64,000 nt of DNA from Diplonema japonicum (lineage: Eukaryota; Protista; Euglenozoa: Diplonemea). A model generated the notes under the pieces. The model did no database searches, was not told the DNA's origin, and saw only the letters and a list, made by a program, of their open reading frames with translations. Numbering within the stretch: the first letter of the stretch is position 1; every line of letters starts with the position of its first letter. Below are positions 21,166 to 34,005 of this stretch, in pieces. The stretch spans positions 1-64,000 of the forward strand of contig OZ025664.1 of the NCBI GenBank assembly GCA_964019335.1. Reading direction: 5' to 3'. A program made the translations under genes and the position numbers.

Positions 21166-22917
21166 TCACCCTTCTGCAGCCTCTATCTCTCTGTGGTGTG
21201 GTATAATTAATGTAACGGTCCCTGTTTCTCATACCTTTTTTTCCTTTTTGCCAAACTAATAAATTCAGGCAATCTTTCTATTGTCACACGTGTTTCACGC
21301 CCGTCGGGAACCAGATCATGGAGCTGCCCCTTGTCAGGGATGCAGAAAGTAAGATTCATCTCCTGTGTTCCGTGTGTTTTGTTGTGCTCCATACCTGCAG
21401 GTCGGTTGCGTTGATCTCATTGTTCTTCAGCATCTTCTCTATGTCTTCAATTGCAGGTAGGAAGCCCTGGTCGAAATCCAATTTATTTTTTCTAGCCCGT
21501 TCCCTTTGTCTCTCTTCTGCCACTTCACACAGCAGTTCGAGTCCTTTGTGCTCGTCCTCTTCATCAGAGCCGAATGAGGCCACACTCGGGCGCCTCACAC
21601 TCTGCACGGGTGTTAGCCTTTTGCCAGGGCTACGAGGACTGACCGTTGTGGGCTTGTTGGGGGGTGGAGGGGACGAGGTGATCGAAGATTTAGGAAGATC
21701 TGGCAGCTGGTGTTTCGAAAGACTTGCTGGGAGTGTCTTAGTGGCACCGAACTCTGAGTAATCGACTTCGAAGTCAGTCTGCTTGTTGTTCCTTCATACT
21801 CCAAACATACCTTGTTGCTGACAGGGCTGAACAAGTCGTGTTGAAAATGCGTTGGCGAGAAGCACGCTGGGTTCTCCTCCTGCTCTGGTGCGTTCCACTT
21901 GCTCAACGGCTGCACTGACAGCGTTCTCTTCATTCTCTTTGGCCCGCCTGCACCCTGTGCTTGCTGTGATGCTGCCGCAGCCGCAGTTGCGAAAGGACCC
22001 TTCTTTGGCACTACATCGTCCCACTTCTTTGCTCTGTAGTTATTCCCTTCTGCGGCCAGCTCCTTTGCAAGCTTAACAAACAGTGTGAAAGTGTCTTTCT
22101 TGACAGGTCTAGAAACACCACCTTCTACCAGATCGACTATCTTCCCCTTCATAGGTGCGCAGAAGGTGAGGTCGAGGGAGGCAAGCTCCTCTTCGGTAAA
22201 ATTAGTTGACTCGAGCTGTAGTAGGTGTTATTGCTTGTGTGTCACAAAACATACTGTTTCCACCATAGGGAAGAAGTTTCCGAGCGAGTTGGGGCTAAGG
22301 GGGGAGTTGCTGATTTCTGTAGTCAGCAAGCTTTGCTTTGAGAGTGACACGGGAAGAAGGGGCTGTCTGGTGTTGTACTCCACATCGAAGTCTTTTTTTG
22401 ACGTAACGGGGCTGAAGAGGTCGTGGCAGAAATGTGTTGGGGAATAGAGCATTGTGGGGTCCTTCAAGTCACAAACCACAGAGAGGGTACGCTTGAAGGC
22501 AGGTCTGTTGCTGGCAATCCCGCCTTTGGCGCTTGTATCCAATTCCTTTTCTTTCTCAAGTTTTTGGAGTGCAGAGGAGTCTAGTGGCACCGGCCTCTCT
22601 CCCCTTTTCTTTCCTTCGAGCTTTTTCCCAAGCCTTTCCTCCAGCTCCGACACAAGGTCTACACCCATTTCATCAGCAAGTCTCACAGCAACCGCCATTA
22701 TCGCACATAATGACTTCCCGCCACCCACTTTATCGTTCACGTCTAGCCCTCCAATCTCATCAGCCAACGCCTTCTTGAGGTTCCCCGTAGTCTGCCACTG
22801 GCGGTACCCATGCCTCTCAGACACAGACTGCAGCTCCCCTCTTATTACCTCCAAATTGGCATTTCCCCAGATCATGTTTATACAAACACTCACCCCCCCC
22901 TCCTGAGCTGTGGGCAT
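21166..22917 (-). CDS. Hypothetical protein: degenerate MazG/DCTPP1-like N-terminus plus two SPTHF / HECT-like repeats (introns 22216-22254, 21779-21810, 21363-21394, 21191-21234)
   Basis: Four GTATG..CAG introns join the ORF fragments in frame; repeated SPTHFxHDLFSPV and LTFCxP.KG...DLV..G....V motifs. Confidence 0.75.
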
Positions 22918-23113
22918 GCTAGATATAAATGAAACTTACAAACAGAACATGAATACAAAAACCTTATACCAAAACAGTTGGAAGTAAAAAGAAAAAAGAA
23001 GAAGAAAATATCACATGGGCAAAAAAAATAAGAAACATACATCTAAAGGGGTGGATCTATTATCAGTTCTAATCCGAAAGAATGAATGAAAAGAAAAAGG
23101 GAATATAAGCTAA

Positions 23114-26100
23114 CTAAAACAATATCTCGTGTATCTGTGCCTGTGTGAGCCCTGAGGGAGTTACTTTGTCCCCTAGAAATGGCGTCAGCGAGGGCCGAAT
23201 GCGTACTGGTGAAGTCTTTCTGTCGCACGAGGAAGGTATGGGAAGAGGGTGCACTGAGACAGGGCTGCGACTTGTTATAGAGAAGCCGTGCGATGATGGT
23301 GGCAAGGGACGAGGCCTGTTCGTTTGTGTAGTGAGGTACTTGAGTGGGAGCACTGTTTTAGAGTCCAGCGACCAATCAGGGGGGCGCGCAAGGGAGAGCA
23401 TTGCCTCAAGAGACTCCTGACGGATCTGGTAACCAAATCTCGTAATTTGCTTCGCGGGCGAAATAGTGTGCAGTGTCTCCACGAGGTCTAGCGCCTCCGC
23501 AGGGGGGAGTTTCATTAAAATGTCAAACTGCGACGGGATTCTAACTCCCACAAGCCCACCGCCTGTGTGTAGTACTTCTGAGATCTGCTCGAAAGCAACA
23601 CATCTGTTAACTTTGGCGTCCATCATCATCAGGTACAGAGCTGAGTCGGACACCAACATTACCCTTGGCACGCTTAGCCTCCCAGGGGACACCCTCAGTA
23701 CTGGTGCAATGAAGTGCACTACCGCCCTCTCCCCTGCCCCGTTTACAAGCACCTTTTTAAATTTCTTCAACTCTGGCGGAAGATCTTTCATTTCGACGAG
23801 TTCAACAGGCCTGGCGGGAGTTGCAGCCACACTCTCTTCCCTCTCTCGCTCCTTCACCTCACCTGTAGACACAACATCGGTGTGATACCCGCTTGCTAGT
23901 GGTGCGAATGTACGAGGATGCCTTGCAGGGACAACATAGGGCAATACATCAGGCGGCACAGCAGACGCCAAGGGAACAGGCAGGAGGTCCTTGGGAAGAG
24001 GCTCGATAGCGGCAGGGGGTGGTGGTGGGGGCGAGGATATTCTCTTATTTTGCGCAAACACTGAAGTACTGAACCTGGACTCTTTCGGAGGAGCCAACAC
24101 AGGCCCCGCGGATGGCGGCTGCGGGGATGAGATACCACCGCCACCACTGCCTCCAATGGTTTCTTCTTTGTCTTCGGTCTCACTTGCAATTTTTGTTTCT
24201 TCGGTTTGGACACCTGCGATGTACAAACTTGTCTCCACCGGGGTGCTGCGCCTCGACATTGAAACCACGACCGGCGGAGTTTGTGGGTCAGCACATGGCT
24301 GCAGCTGCTGCTGGACCTTTTCTTCAGTATAGTGAGGAGTAGGGGCAGTAGGAGGTGTCGGTGGCAGTGGAAGACGGGGCGGCGGTGGCAATGGAAGGGT
24401 TTCTGCCTCAAGTGGAGGTGGAGGTGGAGGTGGAGGTGGAGGCAAAGTAGCTACAATTGGAGGCACAGTCGCAGGTGGCGGCGGTGGTGGGGGTGGCTCT
24501 TCATGCCCACCTTCCCCAACGGGTAACACCCTCCCTCCACTTGCGTTTCTGTACAGTCTTGCCACGACTGCAGAGAACTCTGACCCTTCTGCTTCGTCCC
24601 TACTTCTCCATCGCACTTCCTCACCGCTTTTCAAGATCAGCGTCACACAGTTATTCTAAATAAAATCTTGCTAGTCAAACATGCATACCTTGTCTGTGAC
24701 CCTTGAGATGTCCATCAGCCTAATGCGCCGCGTATCGTGGGCTGCAACCAGAAACTGTTGTTTTATATGTTGGCAAGGAACTACACTGTCATTTCATTCA
24801 CTCATAAATTTACCTAAATTCCCAAAGTTCGAAACTGCATCGGACGGGACCTCCCTTGCCTCCTATCAGATGTCAAAATTTTCTAAAAGTTTTCTCAGCC
24901 AACCTTTGCTTAATTTCTCAAGATTTTTCACAAATTCCCTCTACAGCGCCCTTGGAGCTATTTAGGATTTTGCTTAACGGGTTTTAGAGATATGGAGCGC
25001 TAATTTTACCGGAAGTAGATTCGAGAAAAACTCAAGAAGGGGAGAAAAAATGACGAACGTTGGGCTTTTTTTTCTCATTCATTTGTTGCTGTTTCACATA
25101 CTATAAGGTGTCTGCTCAGTATCAACGTTACCTCTTCCTCATGTCTCATAGTTGACGCAGTTACAAAAGTCTCGGGTGAAGCACTGCGAGATTCCACCAC
25201 GACCACCACCGTGCCTACGTAGAATATAGAGTCGACCTCCTGTGGTACCTGTGGCGAATGTGCATAGTCATCCTTCGACAACATACCCCAGTAATATCAG
25301 GAGGCAGATCTTCACGTGGCGTGCATCCCAAACCTGTTTCGGGATCCCATGTCAGTTTCATCCCCTGCGCACTGGGTCGCACGTCCTTGTGGTATGGAGT
25401 TGGCTGCGGTCCTCGGGGTCCGGCAGATGGGGTAGATGCAGTGGGTTGGTACTCATTCGGCTGGGAAACCTGCTCTGGGGCCACGGAGAGAACGGACTCC
25501 CGCCGTTTTACAGAAGCTGGTTCCGGGGCTTGGCCTGGGTCCAATTTTGTGAGGTGTTGCTTTTCAGCAATGTCAGGAAGGAACGGCGATTCCACGTACG
25601 TCAGCATGACGAGGTCGTCGCCTCGGTCCGTGCTAGGTGGGCGGAGGATGTCTAGGTGCTCACGGAGGTCAGACTCACTGCTTACTTGCGCTTGCGTTAC
25701 GCCACGGCAAAGAGTTGCAAGACACAAACGTAGCCGTGCAGCATCAGTGATCGAACTGCATCTCAAAAAGACCCCCCAAGAAGAAGGTATCCGGAACCCC
25801 ACCACTGTGGGGCTTAAGCTTGCCGTCACGATTCCAGTGATGCTAAGCAGCTCAACACATCTGTCAACGTGGCCGCTCTTTCCAATTAAGTAAAGTGCTT
25901 TATCCCCAACAAGGAGGGCCCTTTTGCTGCTTCTCTCCTTCCCCATGCCGTGGAATCCTTCTCTTTCAACACATGTCACTACTTCTATGAAGTGCAAAAG
26001 TGGGATTGCCCCTGCAGCTGCGCCAGACTTCAACTCTCTTACAAGTTGCTTGACACTGTCATGTACTTTATAAGGATTCACCACAGGCAGTTGCTCTAAA

Positions 26101-29100
26101 GCGGTAACAGTCGTAAGGTCGTTGAGTGTGTGCAGCACCTTTTTATACAATGTAAGCCACAAGTTGGAGTTCGCAAAGCAGGTCTCAGCAGTAGGATGGG
26201 CTCTCACAAGCGAAGCATAGTGGTTGCATTCTGCTTCTTGTGCTTTGATCCTTTGCTCTAGAATGGACTTCTCCGCTTGCACTTGCACTTTCAGCACTTC
26301 TACAATGCCGCTGCTTTGTGCAGCATCCTCTTTACGTTCACTTCTAAATAAAGTATCCACCCTGCTGGCAATGTCGCCACTCTTACTCACCAACGGGCTT
26401 GGGGGTGTGATCGTTCGGCGCATGCCGCCTTTCGTTGCTGGGCTTTGATAGGTTCTACGCGTTACTGATAAGGGCTGCTCTGGCACGGGTGAAGGCGGTG
26501 GCGCAGAGGCTGTAGCAGAAACAAGTGAAGTATCCCCCTGACGCAGGGATCGGTCGCTTACCGCAGCCGAGGGTCTAGTCTGCATAGGCTCATTAAACTC
26601 CATGACGACGTGCTCTTCGCTCCCACCACGGCTAGACGGTCGAGTCACACATTTATCTTCGTGTTCCATGGTCTTACTTGCAAGACTTTCAGCATGCCTG
26701 AAACGCGGAGGGGACGAAGGAGGAGGTGGAGGGCCTGCCGTTGCGGTGAACGCAGGTTGTACTAAAGGAGGCAGGTCGTACTTCAACCTCCTAGATGTGG
26801 GGTAAACGACCTCCACATTTCTGCCCATCTTTTTTGGAGGGGGATAAATTGCAGCAGAATCGCAGAAAGCCGATGCAACGAGCAAATCAGTCGGAGGACG
26901 GAGTCTGGTGCCTGAAAGTACTGGTTCAGGGTGCAGAGGTGGCGGTGGAGAGCACCTTAGGACAGGGTTAGTGTCTAGCACGCGTATCGCGGGGGGTGTA
27001 CCAGAGCAAGGTTTGCACGAGGGAGTAAAGTTGGGGATAGCATCCACAACAGGCACCCTGCAGATGGTGGTAATGACTTGTGCAAGCTGCTCCGCAGCAG
27101 CAGGACTACCGCACACAATGGCCCAGTCCCTGTCGTCGCATCGAAAACTCAAAAGGTTTCGTTCCCTTTTCCCTTTAGTGATGTGTTGCAAAGATATCCA
27201 CCACGTTGTGACCCCACTGAGCTTTGAGAGGTACATGTATTCATCTGTCACCAGCATTACTGTCTCCTGCGTGTGACCAGCTTCATCTCCGAGATCGACT
27301 TTGCCAGCCCAGAACACCAAAGGGACACCGCCTGCACTTTCTAAGAACCTTGTAAAGAACTCTGGCAAACCCCAAGACAGTCCCATGAGGTCGACCAAAG
27401 CTAGAGCAATATCTCTGTTTTCGTGTGGTGACGTGAGTATCGTGGGGATGGGTTTGAACACGCCCAATATAGCAGACCTGTACAAGAATGTAACAGGAAT
27501 GAGATGCGATTCAACAGCGACTATTGGCACGTCGCTGCAGCTTGCAACAGAGTGCACGGGTGTTGTTGAACCGCAAGCTTTTTGACAAGACGTACCGGCA
27601 AGGATATGTTCCACCGGCTTAAATAGTAGCCCAAGATCAGTATTGCTGGAGACGCCTACCCACCCATCTCCTGAGATGTAAATAGCTTTGGCATGCGGTG
27701 TAGCCACACTACAGGCGACACCCTTCCCGGGTATTGCTGTGATGGCAGTTGGCGTGACAAGAACAGCGCCTTCCACATCACCTTCTGCTTGCCTGATACG
27801 CGCCTCACCACCCCACAAGATAGCAGCAAAGCCTTCGTCACCGGTTTCGACGGAACCACAGCCAAGCACGGCCTTCAGAAATGGTGTCAATGGATAGAAA
27901 GGTTTGCAGGCTTCCTCAAAACGGCCATCCGGAACACGTATCCTGCGCTTCGGAACAGTTGGCGGGCCACTGCACAGCACTGCTAGAGGCAAGTACTCTT
28001 CTTTCGTAGATGTGCCTGGCTGGATGTGCTTGTAAAGGTGCCTGTGAAAAGCGGTGCCAGGTGGAGTGTCTGGGGATGTGTTCATTATGTCGTAGTGACC
28101 CGTCTCGGTGCAGACTCCACACCGCCCTGAAGCTACTGCCTGTGAGCATTGCTTTGCTTCTTCTGAAGATTGCATCTGTAACACCACTGGGGGCCCTTGT
28201 CCAAGACACAAACCCACCAGCGACTCTCTTTCAGAAACCCTAACCTCTTTCACCAAGTTTAGATCGATACACCTTCGTACCCGACACGGCCTGTCTATAC
28301 CCCCCTGAACTACATAGGCCGCGCAGTCCCCAATGATGAGAATTCGATGTGCCGAGCGAGACGGCCCTACATGTATGCATTTGAAAGCGGCTTTGATAAC
28401 AGGAGACCCTGCTGCGTGCAGTAATGGTTCGAGTACCGCTAGAGCTTCCGGGTGGGTGTCCACTGGGATCTTCAAGGGCGCAGAAGTGAGATATGTCGCT
28501 GGTACAGGCTGCGTGACAAGTTCGTACCTGTCGGTGGGTATCTCAGTTGCGTTGATGCCGTCGATAGGGAGGGTGTAGAGATGAGCACGCTCGAGAGACA
28601 GTGGCAACACAGCTGGGCCCAGCTCAGGTTCCTTTAGGATCGCTTGAAGTACGGCTTCCACACCATCTTGAAAGCCCAATGTCCCATTCACGGACAGTAG
28701 GTTCGCTCTTGTTTTCATTGCGTGTTCCTTCCTGTCTCTACCCTGTTCTAGCTCTTCCATAAAACGCTTCATTGCTGTGACACCATCTGCCGCTCCCTCA
28801 GCCTTCAAACCACTCGTACCTTGGTTACCAATGAGCACAGGAATGGGTTCAGGGAATGGGATCTGAACTGGACGCTCACACTCATTCACAACATCCACAT
28901 TGCTCACAGCTGTAAATGTTACTTTTCCATTGAGCGCTGTTTTTAGCATCTCGTAACTCTGAACTTTCACCTTCAAGAAGGTCATCTGATGCATTTGCAA
29001 TGCTACCCAAGTGCACCCGTCGTGAGATGGGGCAGCCAGTGCCTCGTTGATGGTAGATATTAAGTAGTTGCCAAGAACAGTGCCTGATGTGGCGCAGATC

Positions 29101-31556
29101 CACAACATTTCAGCACCTATGAAAAGGATACACTTGGTGTGCACGTCCCAGGACGGTGTAATTGTGTCCGCATAGAAGATCTCAGGCACACCACCTGCAT
29201 TCTCGCCAAGTTTTGACACAAGCACTGCTGTTTCAGGAGAGCCGCCCCTAGAAACGGGCGGGAGCGCGACCCCACTGCACGGAACGGGACACACGCATAG
29301 ATTGCCAAGGGGGGTGGACCATTGGGCGCACGTCTGGTCAGCACCGTCTGAGAACCCTGTCCAGAAAGATTCAGGTGAACCACTGAGCGCCGCCACTTGA
29401 CATGTCAAGTCACTCATTCTGGCGGCCTTACCCTTGGCAAAGCACATCTTCACTTCTTTGGGCGCGTCGAAAGGTGTCTCGTAGCCGACTAATCCGTCCC
29501 GAAGGGCTCCGCGTAGCTCTTCCGGCAGGTCGGGGTTCATCTTCACGATGTCCCTCACGATGTTGCTGGTCATGGCCAATCCGCTGCGGTACGCCTTATC
29601 CTCCAAGCTGCCAGACAATATCATTGCCCAGTCAGGCTCAGGCTCGGGAACCTTCTGCACAAACTGCTTACGAGACATTTCCGCAAGGCTCACAGCCATT
29701 TGGATCCAGGTGGTCCAGTCTTCCTCAATGGCATTCCGTTTAGTTCGTTCTGAAGCGATCATCTCTCTGGTAACCTGAGTGTCGCGCAGCTCCTTGCGGA
29801 GGCCCCCCTCGCCGAGCCTGTTCTTCATATCAGCAATGTTGACCACCATCTCCAGCCATGTGTTCCAGTTCTCCTCGAGCAGCGCCCTTGCACTAGACTC
29901 TTCAGAAATAAACATTAACACCGCCTTAGAGTCTTGCGCAAGAGGCTTGACTCCGTGGGCGGCAGGTTGCTTCGTTAAATCTCTTACGATCACTAGTCCC
30001 ATTTCATGTTCTTGCACAACTATTTCTCTCTTCTTCTCTTCTTCACTTTGGATCACTAGCAGCACATCTCGCAAGCTCCTGGCCATTCCACTCACGAACA
30101 CGCTGTCCTCCTCAGCTTCAAGGTGCTTGCGGTGTTCTATTTCTTCTTCGAAGAATATTAGCATCTGCGGAGTAGGTGCGATGAGTTCAGCTTTTTCTTC
30201 ATGCGGTTCCCTTCCCATGAAGGGCAACTCCGTAACAAAGGTTTTGCATATCTGGTGAAAAGCAAATATCTCCTCTGAAACGACTTCCGAATATCGCGCG
30301 AACTCTTCCTCCTCAAGGCGCTTTGTATCACCTGCGCTAGGGGTGGCAGGAACGATCAGATTTGCTACCTCGTTTGCAGGTGTGCGAGAGGGTAACAGTC
30401 GGGACGGGGCATGCCCAACAAATACGGGATCCAAGGGGGCAGAGAAGACACTTGTGTTAGGTGTTCTGACGCTCGTGGAAAGAAGTGGTGGAGGGGGCGC
30501 AACACGAGAAGGAATCGAAACAGCAGCCGGGGTTGTGAGTTGGACCCATGAATGTGAAGATGCAGTGGTGACGCTTTCGGCATCCGACACGCTCTCAGGG
30601 CACTCTGATACAATAGCGTCTCGCAGTTTGCGTGCCTCGCTGCTTGAAGTGCACCAGATGGTTACGGACACAGGTAAGCTTTGCATCAGCGCTGCCTGTG
30701 CACCATGCTTCATTGTGACTACCACTTCATTCGAACGTCCACCAGAAGTCACAGCAACCTCCAACAATGGCATCCTTATGCAGTCCATGTCTGCAGCACA
30801 CGACAAGTTGAGGACTTTATTTGTCACACGAACCTCACCTGTCTTCGAAGAGGCACCGGGCGTCTTCCATTTGAGGATCTTACTGTAAGCCGGGCTAAGT
30901 GCATTAAGGAAAGAAGAACGCGACGAGGCAGAGGAAGAGCGCCTCTGCAGAGCTTGTGCAGTTACCGGAATCTGCACTGGAAGGGGAGGGATGATGGTGG
31001 GGAGGTACTGTGACGAATGAGCAGACGTCAGGTTGATGCTCTGTACAGATGTGGGGGTGAGCTGGGTGAAGTGCTGCCCTGTCAGGCTTCTGAAGAGCAC
31101 GGACCCATTGAGAGAAGACGTCAGCGACACCCAATTGTCCCTCGACACAGTAGCGGAAGTGACGTTCTCCAGACAGCGAACACATTTCCCCCGCTCATTC
31201 AACATGTAAAAGACGTGTTCCTCACTCAAGAAGGCTTTGTAAGTGCCGTTTTTGCCTCTTCTCTCTACTTCGTCAGCGTACTTAACAATTGGAATACCCT
31301 TGCCATCCCACACTTCACGCGCCTTGGTGTGCAGCTCTTTGTCACCTTCCACGTATGCCACGGGCAGTTCTTCTTCGCGTTCTCCATCCATATCTATCAC
31401 ATGCTCCACAGGGTCGCCAGCCATAGCCACAATGCCTTGCCATGCATCTTTCACCTCCTGCAACACATATCGCCCTTCGCGGATCCTCTCGCCAAGCTCC
31501 CTTGCCATGTCCAGAGGGACCCGTACCTCATAGCTTATCGTGATTTCATCGTTCAT
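23114..31556 (-). CDS. Giant (~2670 aa) Pro-rich protein with multiple PH/myosin-TH1-like modules (introns 25249-25286, 24755-25101, 24656-24688)
   Basis: Recurring R.L.V.D.A.YL....V.RCV.L..I modules. Three GTATG introns link ORFs 25215-31649, 25075-25284 and 23114-24646 in frame (TLILSRHLI|FLVAAHD). Confidence 0.72.
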
Positions 31557-31997
31557 TTTAATCGCATTTTTCACCCAAGTGCAGGACCTATTGGGATTAA
31601 AAAAGAAGAATTTGAATCTCAATGATGTTGCCGCAAGTGGTATTTCCATGAGTCTAAATCCTCAGTCGAAAACCACAGGAAAAGCTTCATGACCAACAAC
31701 AGTCGGCAGAACCCCCAAATCGCCACTCATCGAAATTATGGGCTTTAAATGTCTGAGAACACCGCATCAGCAACGATCTTCTAAATGATAGAGGGGTTGA
31801 TATCCCAGAACTTAGGGGTCAAGTAGCAGTCCCCCCCTTCTAAGCTTCCAAGAAAGAGCTCACCGTGCATAGGAAACGAAGGAAGAAATAAAAACACATA
31901 ACAGAAAAAAAGTAGGTTGACAATGAAAAATATTGTCCTATCTTTCGCTCTTGGAAAAGAACTAAACACATCAACAAATTCAGCTTATACTTTCCTG

Positions 31998-33713
31998 TTA
32001 GCTATCAGCGTCAATAAGGGAGTCTAGAGGCACAGTTGTTACCAGATTAGGTGATGCATCTTGGCCTTTCCACTGTGGTGAGTGACTTTCATTTTCACTA
32101 CATACATATGTAAACACAGACAGAACGAGACTGATGAGATAGGTGTTCTTGAGGGAGCGCAGAGATGCCTCTGTCCGCGTTACGATGGTGACACGGATCA
32201 CAGCAGGTGGGTTGTGGTACTGTGTTGTCAACAGGTGAGCATCAGGAATAGTATCCAGTCCAGGGATCGATATTTTTAGGTAGCCCACCTCGTGGCAGCC
32301 TGTGTTTTGTGCCTGGCTGAACTGATACAGCGAACCCGTGTTGATGAGCTCTGTGTGCGCCTGGTTGTGCGCTGTGTAACAGTCGAGGACCAACCCGAAA
32401 CTTAAGAGATAGTGTGGGCCTTCCACAACAACAAGGCTACGGGGAACGACGCAGCATATCGGATTGTATCTGTACAGGTATCGGTTCAGTCCAGAAGTGC
32501 GCAGGTCCAGTTCCTTTACCTCCGAAACACAGTACACCCTTTCCTGACACGAGAAATTAGTTACGGTAGTTTCGGATAAGCATTTCCCTGCTGTGACTTC
32601 AGGGTGGTCCCGCTTCAAGTTCCTTGCAAACGTCAAGATGGCCGTGTTGGCCATGATACGGAGCTCGGAGATGTCTTCCAAGTCGCGATCCTTGCCTTGT
32701 TCGCGCTGTCTCTCTGCTACAATCTCGTTGAAGTTTGCACCTATCAAAATGACAGGGAACGCGACCACCAGTATCCCGCACAACATTGTCACTGCAGCCA
32801 CTATCTTGCCTGCGTCTGATTGGGGGACAGCATCTCCGTATCCGACAGTGAAAAGCGTCACTAAAGTCCACCAGAAAGTGTGGGGGATTGACTGAAATTG
32901 GCTTTCAACCATGACGCCCTCCTTCGTGTAGTACCAAGTGCCATTCTCAAACGTGTCATTCGATGTTTCTGCCAGGTACATAGCACTCGAGAAAAGTACT
33001 GTGGACAGCATGATGAGGAAGAAGAGCAGGTACAGTGCATCAAGGGACCTAGCAAGGGACTTCTGCACGAACTGCAGAGACTCCGACAGCTTCCCCAACT
33101 TGAAAACTCGTAACACACGGACTAGACGAACAGCTCGAAGAAAAGTGAGGCTCGCGACTGAGTTGTCCTGCAAGAAGAGAGAGAGATAGTAGGGAAGGAT
33201 AGATAAAAGGTCTATGACGTTCAGGAAGTCAGTGCTGAAAGCTTTCTTTTCCTCTGATGAGGTAAACCGCAAGATGAGCTCTAACGTGAAGAAGGCAACG
33301 CAACTGGTCTCAATGAGAAAGAAGGAGATGTTGTTGGCTCTGTAGTACTTTGGGAGCGACTCAACAAGGATGGTGCACACGGATATGAGAATGGCTAAGA
33401 ATCCTGTGACATTGATAATTCTGGATACTGTTTTCGACCACTTTGCGAACTCCACATCGTACACAGTGCTAGGCTCTAGTATTGCATTCAGCTTCTGTTT
33501 CAACCCCACTGGCAGGTTCCGTGCTTTGTTTATCCGTTGACACACTTCTTCCGCTGCTTTCTTCACCACAATGCTTCTTTTTCTGTCGGCCATTTCATCG
33601 TCACTCCTAGCTGCTATCGATGCTAGTTTCTCTTTCCACAACTTATGCGTCTTCACGCTCTCCGACCTGTCTCGCATCGGCCTCATAGGATTGTTTTGGT
33701 CTTCGAGATCCAT
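31998..33713 (-). CDS. Voltage-gated 6TM potassium channel (Kv-like, no obvious T1 domain)
   Basis: S4 LRAVRLVRVLRVFKL; pore FWWTLVTLFTVGYGD; S6 VVAFPV. Confidence 0.93.
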   Translation of the reverse strand: MDLEDQNNPMRPMRDRSESVKTHKLWKEKLASIAARSDDEMADRKRSIVVKKAAEEVCQRINKARNLPVGLKQKLNAILEPSTVYDVEFAKWSKTVSRIINVTGFLAILISVCTILVESLPKYYRANNISFFLIETSCVAFFTLELILRFTSSEEKKAFSTDFLNVIDLLSILPYYLSLFLQDNSVASLTFLRAVRLVRVLRVFKLGKLSESLQFVQKSLARSLDALYLLFFLIMLSTVLFSSAMYLAETSNDTFENGTWYYTKEGVMVESQFQSIPHTFWWTLVTLFTVGYGDAVPQSDAGKIVAAVTMLCGILVVAFPVILIGANFNEIVAERQREQGKDRDLEDISELRIMANTAILTFARNLKRDHPEVTAGKCLSETTVTNFSCQERVYCVSEVKELDLRTSGLNRYLYRYNPICCVVPRSLVVVEGPHYLLSFGLVLDCYTAHNQAHTELINTGSLYQFSQAQNTGCHEVGYLKISIPGLDTIPDAHLLTTQYHNPPAVIRVTIVTRTEASLRSLKNTYLISLVLSVFTYVCSENESHSPQWKGQDASPNLVTTVPLDSLIDADS

Positions 33714-34005
33714 ATTGAGGCCCCCCCTCCTGTGTTTCAAATGCGTAGCGGTGGGCAATAAAAGGTCTCGTTTCTCTTTCCCCTCGTCTAAAGTGTAACT
33801 CAGCAAAAGTAAAAAAAAGAAAGAAAAAGAAGAGATAAGGAGGCTACTTTTATCTATCCTTAATGCGAGGGCGTCTGTTCGACCGACGGACAGGGTGCAA
33901 CACACCTGATATACTTCTTTGTATCTCCATGCCCTCCCGCCAAAGAGAGAAGAAAAAAGAAGGAAGCAACACTTTCTCTATCTTACGTTCGTGTAATCAC
34001 ATTTT

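Noticed and set aside
24789-24804. 16-nt match (tcatttcattcactca) to the duplicate boundary at 60742-60757
   Set aside because: Low-complexity (TTCA)n-like sequence; could be chance
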